This document shows, in pieces, positions 33,268-38,311 of a stretch of 38,311 nt of DNA; the stretch's first letter is position 1; the number at the start of each line of letters is the position of its first letter. The notes beneath the pieces were generated by a model, which worked only from the letters and a program-made list of their open reading frames with translations, was not told the DNA's origin and made no database searches. The translations under genes and the position numbers were made by a program. This stretch comes from Octopus bimaculoides. Taxonomy: Eukaryota. The stretch spans positions 13,093,278 to 13,131,588 of the forward strand of contig NC_068994.1 in NCBI RefSeq assembly GCF_001194135.2, written 5' to 3'.

Positions 33268-33460
33268 TGTTAGAAGCTCGCCATTATTTATTTTACCTCT
33301 TCGTCAGTCTTTATGTTCAGAGTTCAAATTCCGCTGAGGTCGACTTTGCCTTTCATTCTTTCGGAGGTCGATAAATTAAGTACCAGTTGCATACTGAGTC
33401 GATCTAATCGACTGCCCCTCCCCTCCCCCCCAAATTTCGGGCCTTGTGCCTAGAGTAGAA
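33268..33460 (+). mobile_element. SINE family B
   Basis: GAGTTCAAATTCCGCTGAGGTCGACTTTGCCTTTCATTC...AAATTAAGTACCAG...AAATTTCGGGCCTTGTGCCTAGAGTAGAAAAG. Confidence 0.75.
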
Positions 33461-33576
33461 AAGATTATTTATCTTACTTCTGTACCCCAATGCTCCAAGC
33501 AAACTACAACGTTCTTCTTTTATTATTTATTTTTATTTTACACGACGTATTAAATAAAAACATATATATATCTTTC

Positions 33577-33652
33577 GGCGATCTTACGATACAAGTCCTA
33601 GAAATGCCATTTAGACCACGTGTGTTTATTTACATCAATTCGTAAGATCGCC
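33577..33652. mobile_element. 76-bp Merlin-type MITE with perfect 13-bp TIRs and 8-bp TSD
   Basis: GGCGATCTTACGA / TCGTAAGATCGCC; TATCTTTC at 33569-33576 and 33653-33660. Confidence 0.8.
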
Positions 33653-36104
33653 TATCTTTCTTTGATTAAAAAAACAAAACTCGAATATATTTCATAAAAT
33701 GTGAATACAATATTCAAGGTTCCGACCAAGAATATAATTTTGGATAGATGGGCAACCTCCCCAAAATTTCGGGCCTTGTGCCTAGAGTAGAAAAGATTAT
33801 TTATTTTACTTCTGTACCCCAGTGCTCCAAGCAAACTACCAACGTTCTTCTTTCGCATTTATATTTTATTTTTACACGACGTATTAAATAAAAACATTAT
33901 GAATACAATATTCATATAGTTCTGGACGGATGGGCAGCAGATTATCGTTTAGTTAAGTCTATCGCGGACAAGGGAAGTCACTCTACGCCGAAGAGAACGT
34001 AACAAAAATCTTAATTTTATTCCTTTCTAACATCTTTCTTCATCTATTATTATAATTCTGTTCGGATAGAGGATGCCGTATAGGATTATGCTAGTCTTTA
34101 GTAGTGTACCCATCCTGTCCGCTACTCACTTTAATTTGCTAGCTGCTACGACCCTGTGAGAAGAATCGTTAGTCGAAGACCAAGACGGGCTTATAGTCTA
34201 TAGAAGGAGATGGTTTTAGTTACATACCTATACCTTTAGTGGTATGTAACTAATACCACTAAATCGCGAAGATTCTCTATTATCAATAGCTATCATTTTA
34301 TTCATACGTTTAAACCATAAATGCTTTTCAGTTTAATGTGTTCTTTAAAATACCAATTCTGTTGTTATACACCACTTCATGTTTCCAGTAATTCACGCGA
34401 TCGATAAACAGAGCACCTGCATGAGTTCGTTCATAATGATAAAGTCTAGTTCCTTAACATCGAAGGACATGAATCTTCAGCCTCCATTCTGTTAAGAATG
34501 AGCTCGTATCTCGGTATGTGGTGCGGCCATCTGAAGGCCGTTTTTTTTTTCAAAAATTTTATTGTTTTTGGATTGATTTTAAATTGTTGATGTTTTTCTT
34601 CATAAATGGCTTATAAATCTACATATGATTTGTATCGCAAGATGTGATTTTGGTAAACAGAGGTGGGATGAAAATCTTTCTTGGTTTCCAGCTTCCATTT
34701 TGAAATCTAAATTTAACTCTTTATTTATTGGTTTCTTTGTAAATGTATCAAGAAATACTTTTAATCGCAAACATCGTTTATTATTATTTTGTATACTAAC
34801 TTAAAAGTTGACAATTTTAAACGTTCGCTATTTCATATAAATAGCTCTAATGCATACAAAATAGAAACATATTCGAGGCCACGAGCGCATATTGCACAAC
34901 TACGTGTACATCAATTAATGAAAATCTGCCAACGACTCTGAAGCGACGGACGATGAGTGGGAACATTCTTTTTTTCTCACAAATAGTTAACACAAAAGAA
35001 CGTAACGAATATAATAAACAACATACAGACCATGTATAATATTTGGCGATATTTGTACGAAATATTAACTTTGAAATTTTTAATAAACCCTTGATAAGAT
35101 CTGACTGAATTTACAACGTTGGGGCCTTTTTATCGAATTGATTCAGCAATCAACATAGGAATTTTTCGTAATTATTATCAATTATTGAAAAATATATTGT
35201 TTCTGACCAATTGAGAACGAAGGGATGTTAAGTGAGCTCGATGCCATAAATCTACGATTTTGAGGGTCCTACTCTCCCAGTTAGAAGTGGACTCTTTGTT
35301 ATCAATTTTATAAGGATTCCTAGTTCTCTTATTCTGTTCTATTATGTGCAAGTACACATATACACGTACACATACATCCCTCCACGAAACCCCAAACATA
35401 AATCATGTGTCTTTAGCTCTAATTATAAAAATATGTAAAGCGGTTGGCGTTTTAAAGACATCCAGCTATAAGAACTGTGCCAAAACTGACCGTGCCTATG
35501 TGAGTGCCACGTAAAAAGCATTCAGCCCACTCTACGGAGTGGTTGGTGTTAGGAAGGGCCTCCTGCCGTAAAAACCATGCCAAAACAGACACAGGCTCCA
35601 GCATGGAGGGAGAATGTTAAACGATGACAACAACGACAAACAGTTTGAAATAGTCTGCATTTCGAGTCTGACCTATGCTCATTACCAGATGAAAACGAAG
35701 GCATGCATTTCATATTTGCCCAATTCTTATTACTAGCTTTACATAATCTGTTCCTGACACTACTACTACAGAATCCTAGAATTTCCTGCTGGATCTTTCA
35801 GAAAATATAATTCCAACAATCCCAGTTTTAAAAGATTTTCCCCTCATATGAACTTCTTTGTGCTTTTCTATATTTCATTTGAATGCTATATTGTAAAATT
35901 CAAAGAGGTAAAACTCTTTGAATTGTTTTTGTGCCACTTTTTACTACTGTTTTTCTTTGTGTTTTTACAATATGGTCTTTTTTTTTTGTGACTGTGGATG
36001 ATTGATCTCTCACAAATATCAAAGGCAGGTTTTTTCCTGGTGCAGACTCTTACATAAGTCAAAATTTCACTAAAATCATTTCTCATGCATAATACCTCTA
36101 ACCT

Positions 36105-36253
36105 AGCAGGGTTCGCCACCATCCCCTGCCGGAGCCTCGTGGAGCTTTAGGTGTTTTCGCTCAATAAACACTCACAACGCCCGGTCTGGGAATCGAAATC
36201 GCGATCTTATGACTGCGAATCTGCTGCCCTAACCACTGGGCCATTGTGCCTCC
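36105..36253 (-). mobile_element. SINE family A, 5' part
   Basis: Head and B-box region homologous to 255-389. Confidence 0.8.
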
Positions 36254-36501
36254 ACTTTGTCTTGATATAACATGATGATTGTAAATGAGCATCATCATAG
36301 CAAGAAATGCTGTTCATTTCTAGTCTTCTATAAAAGCATGTATGGCCATGGGTAAAATATACTCAGGAAGAGGTATTTGACCATAAAGTTGGGCCTTTGA
36401 TGGAATTGGAATTGGAATTTTTCATAGCTATTATCAATTATTGAAAAATATATTATTAAGATTTTTGGATATATGGGTGTATGTGTGTGTGTATGTGAAT
36501 A

Positions 36502-36540
<39 letters not shown>

Positions 36541-37040
36541 NNNNNNNNNNNNNNNNNNNNNNNNNNNNNNNNNNNNNNNNNNNNNNNNNNNNNNNNNNNN
36601 NNNNNNNNNNNNNNNNNNNNNNNNNNNNNNNNNNNNNNNNNNNNNNNNNNNNNNNNNNNNNNNNNNNNNNNNNNNNNNNNNNNNNNNNNNNNNNNNNNNN
36701 NNNNNNNNNNNNNNNNNNNNNNNNNNNNNNNNNNNNNNNNNNNNNNNNNNNNNNNNNNNNNNNNNNNNNNNNNNNNNNNNNNNNNNNNNNNNNNNNNNNN
36801 NNNNNNNNNNNNNNNNNNNNNNNNNNNNNNNNNNNNNNNNNNNNNNNNNNNNNNNNNNNNNNNNNNNNNNNNNNNNNNNNNNNNNNNNNNNNNNNNNNNN
36901 NNNNNNNNNNNNNNNNNNNNNNNNNNNNNNNNNNNNNNNNNNNNNNNNNNNNNNNNNNNNNNNNNNNNNNNNNNNNNNNNNNNNNNNNNNNNNNNNNNNN
37001 NNNNNNNNNNNNNNNNNNNNNNNNNNNNNNNNNNNNNNNN

Positions 37041-37074
<34 letters not shown>

Positions 37075-37087
37075 GTGTATATAAGAG

Positions 37088-37995
37088 ACTCATCATCATC
37101 ATCATCGTTTAACGTCCGCCTTCCATGCTAGCATGGGTTGGACGATTTGACTGAGGACTGGTGAAACCGGATAGCAACACCAGGCTCTGTGTATATAAGA
37201 GACTCATATATATATATATATATATATATTATCATCATCATCGTTTAAAGTCTGCTTTCCATGCTGGCAATATATATACATACACACATACATTATATAC
37301 ATTCACACATACATTAAATATATATATTTGTGCCCCTGGACTGGCTCTTGTGCGGGTGGCACATAAAATACACCATTTTGAGCGTGGCCGTTTCCAGTAT
37401 CGCCTGACTGACCTTCATGCGGATGACATGTAAAAGCACCTACTACACTCTCAGAGTGGTTGGCGTTAGGAAGGGCATCCAGCTGTAGAAACTCTGCCAA
37501 ATCAGATTGGAGCCTAGTGTAGCCTTCGGGGTCCACCAGTCATCAGTCAAATTGTCCAATCCATGCTAGCATGGAAAGCGGACGTTAAACGATGATGATG
37601 ATGATATTTAATATATATATATGTGTGTGCATATACACATCATCATCATCATCATCGTCTGTTTTCCATGCTGGCATGCATAAGTTTGACTGGGGTCTGG
37701 GAAGCCAGGAGGCTGCACCAGGCTCCAGTCTGATCTGGCAGTATTTCTACAGCTGGATGTCCTTCCTAATGACAACCACTGCGAGAATGTAGTGGGTGCT
37801 TTTTTATGTGCCACAGGGGGCTGGCATCGACCACGATTCGATGGTGCTTTTAACGTACCACTGGCACGGGAGCCAGTCAAGGCGGCACTTGCATTGGCCA
37901 CGTTCAGATGGTGCTTTTTACGTGCCACCGGCACTGGGACCACAAGTACAATTTCCATTTGATTTTGGAAAGCAGACTTTAAAGAATGATGATGA
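37088..37995. mobile_element. nest of family C (RTE-3'-derived) elements in both orientations with (CAT)n/(TA)n tracts
   Basis: At least four partial copies of the CGTTTAACGTCCGC..TTCCATGCT / GGAAGGGCATCCAGCTGTAGAAAC motifs. Confidence 0.75.
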
Positions 37996-38000
37996 TGTTA

Positions 38001-38230
38001 GGCGAGCAGGCAGAAACGGTAGCACGCCAGGCAAAATGTTTAGCGGTATTTCGTCTGCTGCTACATTCTGAGTTTAAATTCCGCCGAGGTCAACTTTGCC
38101 TTTTATCCTTTCGGGGTCGATTAAATAAGTACCAGTTACGCACTGGGGTCGATATAATCGACTTAATCCCTTTGTCTGTCCTTGTTTGTCCCTTCTGTGT
38201 GTAGCCCCTTGTGGGCAGTAAAGAAATAAG
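38001..38230 (+). mobile_element. SINE family B
   Basis: GGCGAGCAGGCAGAAACGGTAGCACGCC...AAATTCCGCCGAGGTCAACTTTGCCTTTTATCCTTTCGGGGTCGATTAAATAAGTACCAG. Confidence 0.8.
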
Positions 38231-38311
38231 ATATATATATATACATATATTTATATTCACCAATACACATGTATATATGTATATATATGTATATGCGTGT
38301 GTTTGTGTGTG

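Noticed and set aside
36434-37112. Long ORFs in the track spanning N runs or (TA)n tracts (also 30563-31240)
   Set aside because: Artefacts of gaps and microsatellites.

Overview
AT-rich eukaryotic genomic DNA with four N gaps. The repeats (tRNA-derived SINEs, RTE/CR1 LINE fragments, (GAT)n-tailed RTE-type ends) and a tandem C2H2 zinc-finger cluster point to a cephalopod, most likely Octopus; this is inferred and not database-checked. Four C2H2-ZNF ORFs are present: 13614-14393 (-, 9 fingers), 17219-18169 (-, 11), 23716-24327 (-, 7) and 27637-28521 (+, 10). There is also a ZNF relic near 1 kb. The four ZNF genes share a homologous upstream block and are bordered by decayed finger repeats. A full-length Merlin/IS1595-family transposase ORF (7019-7939) has its first catalytic Asp replaced by Leu. 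It has a promoter-like 62-bp tandem repeat upstream, and three tiny GG...CC elements with 8-bp target-site duplications (Merlin-type) lie in the window. Two disrupted minus-strand exons, missed by the ORF track, encode an ankyrin repeat and a death domain. The remainder is hAT, Tc1/mariner, LINE and SINE debris, palindromic MITEs and microsatellites. No rRNA, true tRNA or CRISPR array was seen.
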